A model generated the notes under the pieces. The model worked only from the letters and a program-made list of their open reading frames with translations. It was not told where the DNA came from and did no database searches. From contig NIVC01001554.1 in assembly GCA_002269645.1 (NCBI GenBank), forward strand, positions 124,001 through 188,000: a DNA stretch of 64,000 bases, given 5' to 3'. This document shows, piece after piece, positions 48,299 through 64,000 of the stretch (the first letter of the stretch is position 1; every line of letters begins with the position of its first letter). Source of the stretch: Macrostomum lignano (Eukaryota). Both the position numbers and the translations under genes were made by a program.

Positions 48299-50328
48299 CA
48301 AATATTTTAAGCCCAAACTTTCCATGCCAAAAATCAAGCTATTCAATATACATTATATATAACATATATTGTACATTACAAATCGAACTGAATTCTAATA
48401 ACTATGGGTAGTTAAATTTATAAAACATGACAAAATTGACTAGAAAAGCAAATTATTTTATTGCGTTCTATATTAATTCCGAGTCTGCAAAAGCGCCTAA
48501 ATCTAGTTAGAGTGGGATGCGGCAAATCATATAAGTATCTTTACTTGCCGTGTATCGAGGCTTAAAAAAGCAAAAATGTACGAGCAAAAGAGACGCCTGG
48601 GGCTTAAGAATTACGAAACACACTTGTTATCCACTTGAATTGATAGAAGAAAGCCAATTATTAAAAAGACATTTTTCATTTGTCTTAACCGACAATTTTT
48701 CTTTATCTAATTGTTATTGTAGAGGAAGTGAATTCTTTGATACTTTTGCTAGCTTCGTGTCGGTAAGTTGTTTTTCTTTCACAAGGAATATTCAGGCCAG
48801 ATTCCTCTAGGCCGAGTAAATTGCAACATATTGCTTAGAGTCAGCGGGCGGTAGGCCCAGAGCCGCTAGCATCTTTTATTTTTGTCTGGTTTTCTTGTTC
48901 TCCAGATCGGTTCGATAAACCGTTAATAGCCGGCTATGCAGTGAAGCATGCCAGACAACAATTATATCGAGTCCAAATCCCATTCACAGTGTATAAGCTC
49001 TGCTCCAAGTTAGGAGACGGAAATCTTCTCATCCATGAATAATGCCGGCACAATCTGTTGAAGTAATTCCTTTCCTGCCTTTCCTTGCCATAATTGAAGG
49101 ACAAAAAACAATAGGGACTTAAAAATAGTCGATAAAATCGCTACAGCTAATCTTCTAGGAGTTGAAAGAGCGCCTTTTCAAAGCCTTGGATACAACGGCA
49201 GCTTCAATGCGATCTCGATAACTCAACACGATACGGTTGTCAGAGTGAATTCCAAAGAACACCAAGCAGATCGGATGTCGAACTTCTCTGTTGTGATGAA
49301 GCAATTAGTTTGCCACAACTGAAAATCAGATAGAAGAAGCTGAAGAGCCTGCCAGCCCTCAGATTTTCTGAGTCAGGAAACGCGCGGAGGACGGCAGCAG
49401 CTGCAGCAATAAAGAATGAGGAGAGAAAAAGAGGGAGCCACGCGTCTCCTCAGTTTTTATTCGCCAAGTGACAATTCGGAGGGATGGAATTCGCCTTTGA
49501 GCTTTCTATTTAACAACCGCAGCCGCCGACAGACGGGCGTTCAAGAGTGGAGGATCGGAAACAAACACTGGTTGCTAGGCAGATGAGCAAGCACAGTAAC
49601 AAAACCAGCAGCCGCTGCGGCTCCCTGCTCCGTAAAAAAACAGCAATCGATGACAAGCGGCCCAGGATGATAAATTTGATGAGTGGCGGCTGATGACAAA
49701 AGCGAGGTAGCAACCAAAAACGCAGACGGCTGGAGTGCTGCTTGTCTTTGACTAGCACAGCTTGTGGATTTTCCACGGGGGAATGGCGCCTGTCTCAATT
49801 TTTATCCCTCCCCATACTACAAGAGGCGCTAAGTCTCTTAAATATCCTTGAGATCGCTTTATCGGCACAATGTGACAATTCTCCTCCATTCAGCAGGCTC
49901 ACTGACATTATTCAAAAAATAGCGGCGCTGATTGATGCCCAATATTAGCTCAGCCGGCACGCCCTGCCTAGGATCTAAGATTGAGCAGATTTGCTTACGA
50001 GTTCATTCTTAATCATTTCCTTTCTTCTGCAAACACGCGCGCGGTGTATTTTCCCTTTTCCGTTGCCGTGGCAAAAAGCCACTAACGTGGATACAGGCAA
50101 AGGGATAAATGATAAGCCGCTTATACAAACTAATTCCTCACTTTTCAAACCCTAAAAACTTGTCAACGGTAAGCAGTTACACACAGATCTACTCGATCCG
50201 ATTATTTCACTGAATTAGCAGCATTTTTCGCTATTTCAAGCTCATTATTAATATTACAGTTGAACCACTTTTACATGTCCTTGACTTTTACATAGATTTT
50301 ACATGAAATTGATTCTTTAACAAACCTT

Positions 50329-51049
50329 CCTACAGTGGACAGCCGCTGCATGTCTCTGAACCTACAATGGACAGTTGCTGTATGTCTGTGATCCTACAGT
50401 GGACAGTTGCTGAATGTCTGTGATCCTACAGTGGACAGTTGCTGAATGTCTGTGATCCTACAGTGGACAGTTGCTGTATGTCTGTGATCCTACAGTGGAC
50501 AGTTGCTGTATGTCTGTGATCCTACAGTGGACAGTTGCTGTATGTCTGTGATCCTACAGTGGACAGTTGAAGTATGTCTGTGATCCTACAGTGGACAGTT
50601 GAAGTATGTCTGTGATCCTACAGTGGACAGTTGCTGAATGTCTGTGATCCTACAGTGGACAGTTGCTGTATGTCTGTGATCCTACAGTGGACAGTTGCTG
50701 TATGTCTGTGATCCTACAGTGGACAGTTGCTGTATGTCTGTGATCCTACAGTGGACAGTTGAAGTATGTCTGTGATCCTACAGTGGACAGTTGAAGTATG
50801 TCTGTGATCCTACAGTGGACAGTTGCTGAATGTCTGTGATCCTACAGTGGACAGTTGCTGAATGTCTGTGATCCTACAGTGGACAGTTGCTGTATGTCTG
50901 TGATCCTACAGTGGACAGTTGAAGTATGTCTGTGATCCTACAGTGGACAGTTGCTGTATGTCTGTGATCCTACAGTGGACAGTTGCTGTATGTCTGTGAT
51001 CCTACAGTGGACAGTTGCTGTATGTCTGTGATCCTACAGTGGACAGTTG
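50329..51049. repeat. 32-bp minisatellite (CCTACAGTGGACAGTTGCTGTATGTCTGTGAT)n
   Basis: Direct reading, about 22 units. Confidence 0.97.
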
Positions 51050-54000
51050 TATTCTGTGATCATACAATGGACGGCCGCTGAGAGAGGTCAGCTAAATTCA
51101 ATTACCTTCTTAGATATCAACTTACGGGCGAGACGTGGCGCCATATTGCCCCATAAAGCCATTTTTCGTTTCGTTGTCTTTATATCGTTTCTGATCATGT
51201 TTTCTTATGGCGGCTTATCTATCTACCCGTAAAGGCTGACTTGACTCTACAAAAGCATAATAGCGGACTATTTCTGCAATGAAATATTTTTTCAAGAACC
51301 AAGCACAGCTGGTCTAGCAAAAGAAGCTAAGTAAAGAAAAATCTTAGTGGGTCAACACGGACACCGAATTCTTATTTTCATTCACGCAATAAACTTTTCT
51401 TCTAGCATGAAAAAGCCAAAGCAAAATGTTAGAAGCAGCAAGAAGTCAGCTGAGCACAGACCCGATTCAATCTTTCGGTTTTGGCGCAGAAATCAGAAAT
51501 AACTAAGAAATCAGTCAAACTGATCCCCAGCTAACCTAGTTTTCATTTTTTTCAAAATTCCTTCCTCCTCGGATTGAATTGCCAACCGCACAAATAATTG
51601 AGGTCAATTTTTTTAAAGAATAAAGTTGACGCCAGCTAGCTTGAGTTGTCTCTCGAGCGCATCCCCTAATGCGGGGAGTCCTATAGGGGGTATCAGTTTC
51701 GCACACGTGTGACCCATCCCGGATAAGGCATTTAAGGCTTAGCTGTTGCGCGCAGCAGGTCGACCGGTCGGTGTATTTATTAAGACAGGAGAAAGACGGC
51801 CACCGGGGTTCAATTTACTGGCGCACGGTGCAGGTAAGCCAGAGATACCTATCTAATCATAAGGCGCGTGACATTTCCCTTAGCCCAGTGGAGCTACAGA
51901 GAGAGGGGGTAAAGAAATTCGAGAGCATTCGACGCGCGCACCTCAACAATTAACAGATTGGTCATATGGCCTGTTGGGATAAAGCTAAGAGCAAGGTCGA
52001 CGACTTAAGTAGACGGATGGGAACTTCGTTTCTTAGAAAATCTCTAGGGAAGCTGGATTTAAGCGAAAACTACACTACCGAGATAGGAACTTTTCACGTC
52101 TTATCTTTATTATAGATATGGTTTTCTAAGAAACGATATCTCCCGTCCTACTCAAGACATCTTTGAGCAGGAGAAACTCACTAAATAGCTACCCTAATAG
52201 TTGACGCGACTATTTCATACGAAATCAAAAAACCGCAGGCCACTTGCCGCGTCACTCAAGTAAGCAGCAGCTGGCCTCAGCCAGCCTGTCTCTGCTTGAG
52301 CATATTAACCACCAGGCCTGACCGTGTGGGTAAAAGCAATTCCACTGATGAAGTACCGCTTTTGATCTCGTTGACGGATAAAAGTTGGCTATCGACAGCG
52401 GCAGCACTTCAAATCCACTTTACTTATTCGTGACTTGCCTGCTCAATAGTAGAGGATATACACTCTCTACTTTATCCTTCACTTTCTAGCTAAGGGGAAT
52501 AGGGTAGCACCAGTTGTTTGCCCACTTCAATGGCGGGGTGGCTGGGGTTGCGATCATGGACAGATAAGCTGAAGATATTAAGATAGAAGATTTCTTAACA
52601 CAAGCGGAGGTGGAAGGGCCCCGGGCGGCGGGAACGGCGAGCTGGACTGGCGGTAGTGGGAGAGTCAAACAATGCCGCGGATGTTGGGAACATTTTCGGG
52701 TTCACGTGGCGCCTTTACCTTCTTCTCTCTCTCTCATAACTATTTGTCCTAGCATATCAGCTTTCCCATGCTAGTCTGGGGATCGGCAGCAGGCAGGCAG
52801 TCAATTATCAAGCCTTCATCAGTCTAAGGCTCTATCATCCCCAAATTAAGACATTGTGTGTGCGCGTGTGTGTGCTAGGCAAGCCGCAAAGAGGCCGGGT
52901 CAGAGGTCGGACAGGAACTTGCAGCGCATAAGAGAGCAATTTATATATTTTAATGCATCATCATTAAGCGACCTAAACTAGCAAATTTTCTGTCAAAATT
53001 AAGGGCAACACAAAATCGCAAGAAAGTAGGGGGGGGGGAACTGGGTTTAAGCAGGAATAAGAAGTAAAATCAGGGGATTCTGTGGAAAATTACAGAAGAA
53101 AGTCATAGATGATTAGGAAATCTGGAGGGGACTGGAGGTTAGGAGCGAATCTAATATATAAAAAAACGAACAGGAAGGTCACCCCTAAGAGTGTCTGGGG
53201 CGATGGGAGGCCAACATGTGCGGGGAAGGAGCAACAATTCAATGAGACGCGATGCGACAGTTTGCGCAGATGAGGGGACATTGCGGGCCCTAGACAACCA
53301 CAGCAGCACTCTACTTCACAATTCAGCAACTCTTTTAACAATGCCCCGCGAACCACAACAGCTTCCACTTAAGTGAAACTGGTTTGCAAGTGGCATTCAA
53401 CACCATTTTCTCAGCTTCCGTTTCTTGTTCCCTCTTAAACCAGAAACTTCTCTACAATTAAACAGCTGCAGCGTCAAATCCAGACTCGCGATTGCGGCTT
53501 AGCAACCAGTATTGAGGAAATTCCGATCCCCGCTCTCAACAACTCCTCTCGCGCCACGAGGATCCTGGCGGTCAAAGGCCACACGGAGGACAAGCTTGAT
53601 TGACAATCGCCTTAGCGCGGCAGGGGGCGGCGCGGCGATACTCGACCCATTATAATACCAGAGACTCTCACCGCGCTCCCTGCAGATCACTGTTGCTAAA
53701 AGATTAACCCCTCCATCTTTTGTGCTCAGCAAACGTCAGTCACCTGTTTTCGATAATTCCACAACTGGAGAGGATAGCTGTCTGCTTAAACAGGCAGTGT
53801 ATCCGCCTGGATACAGCTTAGAAAAAGCAGACTAAGAGCAGCAAGAATAACATCGTACTCAGCTCAGTGTGGTGGGTTTGAACAACGGGATTCTTATTCA
53901 TTTAAAATCCTCCATGGGAACAGAGAAGAGAAAAAACAATCACTCAAGGTTTGGAACGTTCTGAACAGAAGCCCAGCACTTCAACATGCTCAAAAAAACC

Positions 54001-54198
54001 TTAACCCGCATGGAGACAGGCATTCCTTTGTGCAGGTCACGCGCATGGCACATAAAAAATTAACTGTTTTATATCTGACTTCTGCCCACAGCTTTGATTA
54101 GTCAGTTGGACTTTGAATATCAAGTGGATTTCAAAGTCATTTTTAGGTCAAAAAGGCTGTATCGAATATTAATTACGCGAAAGTTTATATAATTTAAG

Positions 54199-57100
54199 CT
54201 TCAGATTCCCCAGGACAGGGCAGCCGCTACAGCCTCAGATTCCCCAGGACAGGGCAGCCGCTACAGCCTCAGATTCTACAGGACAGGGCAGCTGCTACAG
54301 CCTCAGATTCTACAGGACAGGGCAGCCGCTACAGCCTCAGATTCTACAGGACAGGGCAGCCGCTACAGCCTCAGATTCTACAGGACAGGGCAGCCGCTAC
54401 AGCCTCAGATTCTACAGGACAGGGCAGCCGCTACAGCCTCAGATTCCCCAGGACAGGGCAGCCGCTACAGCCTCAGATTCTACAGGACAGGGCAGCCGCT
54501 ACAGCCTCAGATTCTATAGGACAGTTCAGCCGCTACAGCCTCAGATTCTACAGGACAGTTCAGCCGCTACAGCCTCAGATTCTACAGGACAGGGCAGCCG
54601 CTACAGCCTCAGATTCTACAGGACAGGGCAGCCGCTACAGCCTCAGATTCTACAGGACAGGGCAGCCGCTACAGCCTCAGATTCTACAGGACAGGGCAGC
54701 CGCTACAGCCTCTGATTCCCCAGGACAGGGCAGCCGCTACAGCCTCAGATTCTACAGGACAGGGCAGCCGCTACAGCCTCAGATTCCCCAGGACAGGGCA
54801 GCCGCTACAGCCTCAGATTCTACAGGACAGGGCAGCCGCTACAGCCTCAGATTCTCCAGGACAGGGCAGCCGCTACAGCCTCTGATTCTTCAGGACAGGG
54901 CAGCCGCTACAGCCTCAGATTCTACAGGACAGGGCAGCCGCTACAGCCTCAGATTCCCCAGGACAGGGCAGCCGCTACAGCCTCAGATTCCCCAGGACAG
55001 GGCAGCCGCTACAGCCTCAGATTCTCCAGGACAGGGCAGCCGCTACAGCCTCAGATTCCCCAGGACAGGGCAGCCGCTACAGCCTCAGATTCTACAGGAC
55101 AGGGCAGCCGCTACAGCCTCAGATTCTACAGGACAGGGCAGCCGCTACAGCCTCAGATTCTACAGGACAGGGCAGCCGCTACAGCCTCAGATTCTACAGG
55201 ACAGGGCAGCCGCTACAGCCTCAGATTCTACAGGACAGGGCAGCCGCTACAGCCTCAGATTCTACAGGACAGGGCAGCCGCTACAGCCTCAGATTCTACA
55301 GGACAGGGAAGCCGCTACAGCCTCAGATTCTACAGGACAGGGCAGCCGCTACAGCCTCAGATTCCCCAGGACATGGCAGCCGCTACAGCCTCAGATTCTA
55401 CAGGACAGGGCAGCCGCTACAGCCTCAGATTCCCCAGGACAGGGCAGCCGCTACAGCCTCAGATTCTACAGGACAGGGCAGCCGCTACAGCCTCAGATTC
55501 TACAGGACAGGGCAGCCGCTACAGCCTCAGATTCTACAGGACAGGGCAGCCGCTACAGCCTCTGATTCCCCAGGACAGGGCAGCCGCTACAGCCTCAGAT
55601 TCCCCAGGACAGGGCAGCCGCTACAGCCTCAGATTCTACAGGACAGGGCAGCCGCTACAGCTTTAGATTCCCCAGGACAGGGCAGCCGCTACAGCCTCAG
55701 ATTCTACAGGACAGGGCAGCCGCTACAGCCTCAGATTCTACAGGACAGGGCAGCCGCTACAGCCTCAGATTCTACAGGACAGTTCAGCCGCTACAGCCTC
55801 AGATTCTACAGGACAGTTCAGCCGCTACAGCCTCAGATTCCCCAGGACAGGGCAGCCGCTACAGCCTCAGATTCTACAGGACAGGGCAGCCGCTACAGCC
55901 TCAGATTCTACAGGACAGGGCAGCCGCTACAGCCTCAGATTCTATAGGACAGGGCAGCCGCTACAGCCTCAGATTCTACAGGACAGTTCAGCCGCTACAG
56001 CCTCAGATTCTACAGGACAGGGCAGCCGCTACAGCCTCAGATTCTACAGGACAGGGCAGCCGCTACAGCCTCAGATTCTACAGGACAGGGCAGCCGCTAC
56101 AGCCTCAGATTCTACAGGACAGGGCAGCCGCTACAGCCTCTGATTCCCCAGGACAGGGCAGCCGCTACAGCCTCAGATTCTACAGGACAGGGCAGCCGCT
56201 ACAGCCTCAGATTCCCCAGGACAGGGCAGCCGCTACAGCCTCAGATTCTACAGGACAGGGCAGCCGCTACAGCCTCAGATTCTCCAGGACAGGGCAGCCG
56301 CTACAGCCTCTGATTCTTCAGGACAGGGCAGCCGCTACAGCCTCAGATTCTACAGGACAGGGCAGCCGCTACAGCCTCAGATTCCCCAAGACAGGGCAGC
56401 CGCTACAGCCTCAGATTCTACAGGACAGGGCAGCCGCTACAGCCTCAGATTCTCCAGGACAGGGCAGCCGCTACAGCCTCAGATTCCCCAGGACAGGGCA
56501 GCCGCTACAGCCTCTGATTCTACAGGACAGGGCAGCCGCTACAGCCTCAGATTCTACAGGACAGGGCAGCCGCTACAGCCTCAGATTCTACAGGACAGGG
56601 CAGCCGCTACAGCCTCAGATTCTACAGGACAGGGCAGCCGCTACAGCCTCAGATTCTACAGGACAGGGCAGCCGCTACAGCCTCAGATTCTACAGGACAG
56701 GGCAGCCGCTACAGCCTCAGATTCCCCAGGACAGGGCAGCCGCTACAGCCTCAGATTCTACAGGACAGGGCAGCCGCTACAGCCTCAGATTCCCCAGGAC
56801 AGGGCAGCCGCTACAGCCTCAGATTCTACAGGACAGGGCAGCCGCTACAGCCTCAGATTCCCCAGGACAGGGCAGCCGCTACAGCCTCAGATTCTACAGG
56901 ACAGGGCAGCCGCTACAGCCTCAGATTCTCCAGGACAGGGCAGCCGCTACAGCTTCAGATTCTACAGGACAGGGCAGCCGCTACAGCCTCAGATTCTACA
57001 GGACAGGGCAGCCGCTACAGCCTCAGATTCTACAGGACAGGGCAGCCGCTACAGCCTCAGATTCTACAGGACAGGGCAGCCGCTACAGCCTCAGATTCTA

Positions 57101-57871
57101 CAGGACAGGGCAGCCGCTACAGCCTCAGATTCTACAGGACAGGGCAGCCGCTACAGCCTCAGATTCCCCAGGACAGGGCAGCCGCTACAGCCTCAGATTC
57201 TACAGGACAGGGCAGCCGCTACAGCCTCAGATTCTACAGGACAGGGCAGCCGCTACAGCCTCAGATTCCCCAGGACAGGGCAGCCGCTACAGCCTCAGAT
57301 TCTACAGGACAGGGCAGCCGCTACAGCCTCAGATTCTACAGGACAGGGCAGCCGCTACAGCCTCAGATTCTACAGGAGAGGGCAGCCGCTACAGCCTCAG
57401 ATTCTACAGGACAGGGCAGCCGCTACAGCCTCAGATTCTACAGGACAGGGCAGCCGCTACAGCCTCAGATTTTCTTCAGGACAGGGCAGCCGCTACAGCC
57501 TCAGATTCTCCAGGACAGGGCAGCCGCTACAGCCTCAGATTTCCCAGGACAGGGCAGCCGCTACAGCCTCAGATTCTACAGGACAGGGCAGCCGCTACAG
57601 CCTCAGATTTCCCAGGACAGGGCAGCCGCTACAGCCTCAGATTCTACAGGACAGGGCAGCCGCTACAGCCTCAGATTCTACAGGACAGGGCAGCCGCTAC
57701 AGCCCCAGATTCTACAGGACAGGGCAGCCGCTACAGCCTCAGATTCTACAGGACAGGGCAGCCGCTACAGCCTCAGATTCTACAGGACAGGGCAGCCGCT
57801 ACAGCCTCAGATTCTACAGGACAGGGCAGCCGCTACAGCCTCTGATTCTACAGGACAGGGCAGCCGCTACA
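54199..57871. repeat. 34-bp minisatellite (CAGGACAGGGCAGCCGCTACAGCCTCAGATTCTA)n
   Basis: Direct reading, about 108 units; the largest array in the window. Confidence 0.98.
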
Positions 57872-58709
57872 TAATAGGAATTTTTTCTTATAAATAATTA
57901 AACTGATACTCGATCTTCTCTCTGAATATTCCTTAAAGAGTTTTCATCTCCGCTAAACAGACGAGTTCGATCAACTGTTGCATAAGCTTGAGTCGCATCG
58001 CATCTGAAGAATATTTGCCTATACGTGTGTCAAAGATAAAGGCAAACATGCATCAATTGAGCGAATCCTCCTGCAGCTTATCATTACTATGATTATTAGA
58101 CAGAGTTTTCACATTCAAAGCCTACCCCAACACCCGAGCTGACACAAAACAAGAAGTCAAAGTCAAACGAAGCGTTAAAACAGATTTGGGCGACAGTGAT
58201 CAGCGAGAGCAGCGGATAACAGACAGGATTTGGATAATTATAGCGCAGAGCCAGACAAGGAGGCGAGCCAGTTTTAGGCCAGGATGCGAATGACAGTGAA
58301 AAGACTGACCGAGCCTTGAACTGGGCCGCCAGAGCGCAGAAATGAGTTTTGAGAAAATTTTAGAAAGCAAACGACCGCGGCGAAGTCTTATAAAAGCTAA
58401 ACTGACAGGGGGAAATCTCTCCCAACCCTCACCGCCCAGTCTATCGCTCACTTTCTGGAGTGTAATTATAATGTGCGATAATATATAGCAAATCCTATCC
58501 AGGATATCAGATCTAGCTATTTATAAATCACAATAACCATTACTGCTAAATGACATCATGATTCCATCCTCTGCGTGCTCAGACTTGAAAGCATTAAAAT
58601 TAATCATGGAAAGAAAAGATCAATAAGGAAGTAATTCAAATTAGCGATTATTAATTTCAGTGAGCATGGTTTTTCTACAGATATCAAAATTTTGAAGAAT
58701 TTACACAGT

Positions 58710-60035
58710 CAGTAAGCATTACACAAACCAGTAAGCATTACACAAACCAGTAAGCATTACACAAACCAGTAAGCATTACACAAACCAGTAAGCATTACAC
58801 AAACCAGTAAGCATTACACAAACCAGTAAGCATTACACAAACCAGTAAGCATTACACAAACCAGTAAGCATTACACAAACCAGTAAGCATTACACAAACC
58901 AGTAAGCATTACACAAACCAGTAAGCATTACACAAACCAGTAAGCATTACACAAACCAGTAAGCATTACACAAACCAGTAAGCATTACACAAACCAGTAA
59001 GCATTACACAAACCAGTAAGCACTACACAAACCAGTAAGCATTACACAAGCCAGTATCATTACACAAACCAGTAAGCATTACACAAACCAGTAAGCATTA
59101 CACAAACCAGTAAGCATTACACAAACCAGTAAGCATTACACAAACCAGTAAGCATTACACAAACCAGTAAGCATTACACAAACCAGTAAGCATTACACAA
59201 ACCAGTAAGCATTACACAAACCAGTAAGCATTACACAAACCAGTAAGCATTACACAAACCAGTAAGCATTACACAAACCAGTAAGCATTACACAAACCAG
59301 TAAGCATTACACAAACCAGTAAGCACTACACAAACCAGTAAGCATTACACAAGCCAGTATCATTACACAAACCAGTAAGCATTACACAAACCAGTAAGCA
59401 TTACACAAACCAGTAAGCATTACACAAACCAGTAAGCACTACACAAACCAGTAAGCATTACACAAGCCAGTATCATTACACAAACCAGTAAGCATTACAC
59501 AAGCCAGTAAGCAATACACAAGCCAGTGTCATTACACAAGCCAGTATCATTACACAAGCCAGTATCATTACACATGCCAGTGTCATTACACAAGCCAGTA
59601 TCATCACAAGCCAGTGTCATTACACAAGCCAGTATCATTACACATGCCAGTGTCATTACACAAGCCAGTATCATCACAAGCCAGTGTCATTACACAAGCC
59701 AGTATCATCACAAGCCAGTATCATTGCACAAGCCAGTATCATTACACAAGCCAGTAAGCACTACACAAGCCAGTATCATTACACAAGCCAGTATCATTAC
59801 ACAAGCCAGTAAGCACTACACAAGCCAGTATCATTACAAGCCAGTGTCATTACAAGCCAGTACGTACCATTACACAAGCCAGTGTCATTACACAAGCCAG
59901 TATCATTACACAAGCCAGTGTCATTACACAAGCCAGTATCATCACAAGCCAGTATCATTACACAAGCCAGTAAGCACTACACAAGCCAGTATCATTACAC
60001 AAGCCAGTATCATTACACAAGCCAGTAAGCACTAC
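58710..60035. repeat. 19-bp minisatellite (ACCAGTAAGCATTACACAA)n grading into shorter GCCAGTATCATTACACAA-type variants
   Basis: Direct reading; the unit changes gradually after about 59500. Confidence 0.95.
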
Positions 60036-60730
60036 TGGTTACTACTGGTTACTGGTTACTAACCAGATGCGGGCTGAAGGTTCACTAATAGCCGATTTGT
60101 GTTAATAAAAACAGAATTAAACAATCAAGCTGCTTTAGTATTCCTGGGATAACATAATTTGCCAGCAGGTTCTGTTTGATCCCCAAACCTAACCCGACCG
60201 AACAATCCGCGGTATAAAAATTGTGTGAAAGGCTTCCAGAAAGCTTGGGGGAGTGACGGAAATCAGGCAGCCTACAAGCCTGCCTCTCAGCGTGCAATCA
60301 ATGCAATGTCCACCCAGACAGTAGATAATGATTCAGGTCACGCACAGGCGCTTACTGTGTATTGCTATGCGTCACAATTAAATAGTAAAGACTTCGCATT
60401 GAACATCCTGTTAGGAATTGCGCAGACAGATGGACAAATCTTAGAGGAGGTCAATGCTGGAATTAAATCAGATAAAATCGATATTAAGATAGTATAGCAC
60501 TGGCATAACAATAACGATGACATCGTTTTAATTTGAGCAGTAAGAAAAGTATTTCGATCGTTCCCTTTACTACTGAATAGTAGAAATCGAAGAATTAATA
60601 CAGTAAAGTCGATTTATAAGATGAAAATACTTCATTATGATTTCTAAGAGTGCGATTTGTGATAAAAGTGTCAGGACTAATGCTCATGAGGTAGGGGCGA
60701 TTTTCATGATGTAGGTTAAGAGAAGAGGCA

Positions 60731-61586
60731 ATTCTCATGTAGATTAGAACGCCTGGTTCGCATGTAGATTAGAAGGCCTGGTTCGCATGTAGATTAGAAG
60801 GCCCGATTCTCATAGATTAGACTGCCCGATTCTCATGTAGATTAGAATGCCCGGTTCTCATGTATATTAGAAGGCTCAGTTCTCAAATAGATTAGAATGC
60901 CCGGTTCTCATGTAGATTAGAATGCCCGATTCTCATATAGATTAGACTGCCCGATTCTCATATAGATTAGAATGCCCGATTCTCATGTAGATTAGAAGGC
61001 TCAGTTCTCATGTAGATTAGAATGCCCGATTCTCATGTAGATTAGAATGCCCGATTCTCATGTAGATTAGAATGCCCAGTTCTCATGTAGATTAGAAGGC
61101 TCAGTTCTCATATAGATTAGAATGCCCGGTTCTCATGTAGATTAGAATGCCCGATTCTCATATAGATTAGACTGCCCGATTCTCATGTAGATTAGAATGC
61201 CCGATTCTCATATAGATTAGACTGCCCGATTCTCATGTAGATTAGAATGCCGGTTTCTCATGTAGATTAGAATGCCCGATTCTCATATAGATTAGAATGC
61301 CGGTTTCTCATGTAGATTAGAATGCCCGATTCTCATGTAGATTAGAATGCCCGATTCTCATGTAGATTAGAATGCCCGATTCTCATGTAGATTAGAATGC
61401 CCGATTCTCATGCAGATTAGAATGCCCGATTCTCATGTAGATTAGAAGGCCCAGTTCTTATGTAGATTAGAAGGCCCAGTTCTCGTGTAGATTAGAAGGC
61501 CCAGTTCTCGTGTAGATTAGAAGGCCCAGTTCTCGTGTAGATTAGAAGGCCCAGTTCTCGTGTAGATTAGAAGGCCCGGTTGTCAT
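60731..61586. repeat. 25-bp minisatellite (CATGTAGATTAGAATGCCCGATTCT)n
   Basis: Direct reading; ends about 40 bp from the ZNF330 exon-1 donor. Confidence 0.95.
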
Positions 61587-61619
61587 GAAAGGTAAACGGT
61601 TGCAGCAAATTTGCAGTCA

Positions 61620-62660
<1,041 letters not shown>

Positions 62661-63244
62661 TAACGAAGGCTGATCGATAAGGCAGCTAAAGCGTCAAACC
62701 TAGCCTACCTGCCTACTAGTAGTAAAGAGCAAAGCAATGCATCGAATTTGCTATCCAGACAAGCAAAATATGTCGCATTTAATGCTGAAATAACACAGAT
62801 TTATGTAGCGCCTGGAGGCAATAAATACACACAGCTTGAAATAGAATTGGCAGACGCTATTATAATAAATGTTTCATGACACAGAATGCTGAAGCGCGCA
62901 AAAATCGATGACACAAAATTAAGTTTTGTGGTCGGCAAGTCGGCAGGGCCAATCAATCAATTGGAAATGTTGTCAGACAAAAACAGCAAAATGAAACAAA
63001 GCAAAAAAACATCAACAATTCAGACAATTTTATTTGCACGGCAGCATTATTTTTTGTTCGATAAAATGAAAATGAGCAGAAAGAAAACTAATAATGCGGA
63101 AGACAGCTCACAACAGAAACATGAAGTGAAAATGAGCATCAACTATTTGAATCTTGATCGGATTGGCTACAAGCTCAATAAATTAGATTTATTTTTTAAC
63201 TTGGAATAGTTTTGTGAAATAATCATTCAGAAGACTTTAGTGGT

Positions 63245-63644
63245 GATTCAGAGACAGCACTGCGGACTCCATAAGGCTGATTATTCAGAGACAGCACTGC
63301 GGACTCCATAAGGCTGATTATTCAGAGACAGCACTGCGGACTCCATAAGGCCGATTATTCAGAGACAGCACTATGGACTCCATAAGGCCGATTATTCAGA
63401 GACAGCACTGTGGACTCCATAAGGCTGATTTTTCAGAGACAGCACTGCGGACTCCATAAGGCTGATTTTTCAGAGACAGCACTGCGGACCTCATAAGGCT
63501 GATTATTCAGAGACAGCACTGTGGACTCCATAAGGCCGATTATTCAGAGACAGCACTGCGGACTCCATAAGGCCGATTATTCAGAGACAGCACTATGGAC
63601 TCCATAAGGCCGATTATTCAGAGACAGCACTGCGGACTCCATAA
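63245..63644. repeat. 37-bp minisatellite (TTATTCAGAGACAGCACTGCGGACTCCATAAGGCYGA)n
   Basis: Direct reading, about 11 units. Confidence 0.95.
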
Positions 63645-64000
63645 AGGCAAGTCAGAAACGAGTAAATGAAAATTCAGGTGGCAATCTAGTGCTAATTCAA
63701 CTCTATGCATACAAAAAATTAATTTCCCTTTGCCTTAACAGACTTATACGAAGCTAAACGTACGAGCTACTCTAAAATTGAAAGAAAAGTATTAGATTAA
63801 ATCTATTTAAACTTAAAATTCCGCTTAAATAACAAACATGTCAAAGCAGGACTCTAATATTTCATAATTTAGCTTAAAATGTGGAAAAATATTGAGACAA
63901 TGGATATAAATAAAGTTGGTAGTACTCTACCAGCAAGTGAAACTAGTCAATTTTATGACCAGATTTACACAAATGAAAGATAAAATTAATGAGACTCAAT

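Noticed and set aside
52340-52400. Hammerhead ribozyme core (CTGATGA)
   Set aside because: No stem II followed by GAAA and no closing stems; the other CTGATGA hits (16851, 36661, 49691) fail likewise.
60225-60497. 90-aa plus ORF within the ZNF330 intron
   Set aside because: Short, non-ATG start, no motif; consistent with chance.

Overview
Eukaryotic (metazoan) genomic DNA. Exons are GC-rich and introns are long, with roughly 35-40% of the window in about 30 distinct mini- and microsatellite arrays (my rough sum is about 24 kb). This style and a spliced-leader-like motif suggest a flatworm such as Macrostomum, which is an inference and not verified. Most ORFs in the supplied track are minisatellite artefacts. 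Genes reconstructed by hand, using splice consensus and phase matching: an intronless secreted mucin-stalk/Kazal protein (+), a replication-type histone H4 (+) with its 3' stem-loop, an intronless Arg/Ser + acidic + RGG/Gly-rich protein (-), a 2-exon secreted PAN/apple + C-type lectin protein (-), a 4-exon Bcl-2 family protein with atypical BH1/BH3 (-), a HEN1 small-RNA 2'-O-methyltransferase (-) with an in-frame 10-aa tandem repeat and no identifiable start exon, and a 2-exon ZNF330/NOA36 (-). Mobile DNA: the 3' end of a LINE ORF, an hAT-type MITE with an 8-bp TSD, a decayed Ty3/Gypsy deletion derivative, a tRNA-derived SINE-like element and palindromic CCATAGAC-type repeats. The best leads are a spliced-leader-like relic just upstream of ZNF330, a HEN1 exon that could take its start codon from a trans-spliced leader AUG, an orphan histone stem-loop divergent from H4, the HEN1 coding minisatellite, and the systematic placement of minisatellites against exon boundaries. 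There is no CRISPR array, rRNA or intact tRNA.
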